Positions 53,118 through 53,649 of a DNA stretch of 53,649 bases are shown here, piece after piece. The DNA is from Defluviitaleaceae bacterium (GTDB lineage Bacteria; Bacillota; Clostridia; Lachnospirales; WRAX01). Every line of letters begins with the position of its first letter. The first letter of the stretch is position 1. The notes beneath the pieces are model-generated. The model was not told where the DNA came from. It searched no databases and saw only the letters and a list, made by a program, of their open reading frames with translations. The position numbers and the translations under genes were made by a program. The DNA lies in the NCBI GenBank assembly GCA_009781625.1, contig WQVI01000001.1, positions 1 to 53,649 on the forward strand, in the 5' to 3' direction.

Positions 53118-53251
53118 AAATATTGTACCTCTTTTACAATTTGCTATTGTATTGAACACACAATGGCATTATAATTATTATAACGGCTTGAAAAAATATT
53201 GCAAGGGAAAAATGATGTGGATAAAAATTTGCAAAGGGCAGGTGATTTGTT

Positions 53252-53632
53252 GTGAACAAGAATGCATATAAGCGCCTTGGCTACAGAAGTCTGCGTGAAG
53301 CACAAGTTTTATTGGATACAGGGCATCTTGAAACTACTGCGCTATTTGCCTATGAGGCCATAGGGTTTAACCTTATGCAATTTATTGAAGATAGTGGACA
53401 TAGCCTTCCTAAAGACCGTGAAATAGCAGCCCTTTACGAAATAGCCGTGACCCTTGGCGGCCTTAGCCAAAATGAAGAAGATGCCAAAATGATATCCTTG
53501 TTCAAAACCTATCGCAAGATAAATTATCCAGAAGGCTATAGAGAGCTTGACGAAAAAGAGGCTGCCGAAGCCGTAGGCTTTGCAAAAGAGCTTACACCCG
53601 CCATCAAATGGGGAAGCAATGAAATACAATAA
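53252..53632 (+). CDS. HEPN-like domain protein (tentative)
   Basis: 126-aa all-helical protein with a GTG start. The general HEPN-like layout ends in NYPEGY...EKEAAEAVGFAKEL. I could not pick out a clear Rx4-6H motif. Confidence 0.35.
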   Translation: MNKNAYKRLGYRSLREAQVLLDTGHLETTALFAYEAIGFNLMQFIEDSGHSLPKDREIAALYEIAVTLGGLSQNEEDAKMISLFKTYRKINYPEGYRELDEKEAAEAVGFAKELTPAIKWGSNEIQ

Positions 53633-53649
53633 TAAAGGAGAGAGCAAAA

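Overview
Chromosomal window from a spore-forming, Clostridia-type Firmicute. The assignment rests on a split sigK, Gram-positive style Shine-Dalgarno (SD) sites and ywlC-ywlE-rpiB synteny. No rRNA, tRNA or CRISPR array was recognised. Content in order: (1) the right end of a sigK-intervening, skin-like element, with a serine-recombinase 3' end abutting a 5'-truncated sigK. (2) A folate-dependent histidine-utilisation cluster: hutU, glutamate formimidoyltransferase, hutI and formimino-THF cyclodeaminase. (3) rpmG-secE-nusG-rplK...rplA, where rplK and rplA are separated by a micro-ORF plus three tandem paralogous single-pass membrane proteins, and rplA is followed by a DUF1266 gene rather than rplJ-rplL. 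(4) An MBL-fold hydrolase with a structured leader and a mosaic repeat field. (5) uvrB and uvrA, an AlaX-like gene, dcd, valS and an orphan pheT. (6) A divergent pair: a MutS-like::peptidase-S51 fusion with a P-loop protein on one strand, and a lysine-fermentation operon (kal-kce-kdd-kamA-kamD-kamE) on the other. (7) A cell-envelope and housekeeping block on the minus strand: acyl-ACP thioesterase, tagO-like, rpiB, ywlE, tsaC, cls, murI, ddl and rsuA. The lysine operon is heavily colonised. It carries a 951-bp element of four tandem ~200-bp hairpins bracketed by long inverted repeats. It also carries two sense-oriented REP-associated tyrosine transposase (RAYT) genes, each with its own REP hairpin variant inside and beside the coding sequence, and a GNAT+DUF2809 pair that splits kamD from kamE. 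All homology calls come from reading the translations against remembered family motifs; no database was searched.
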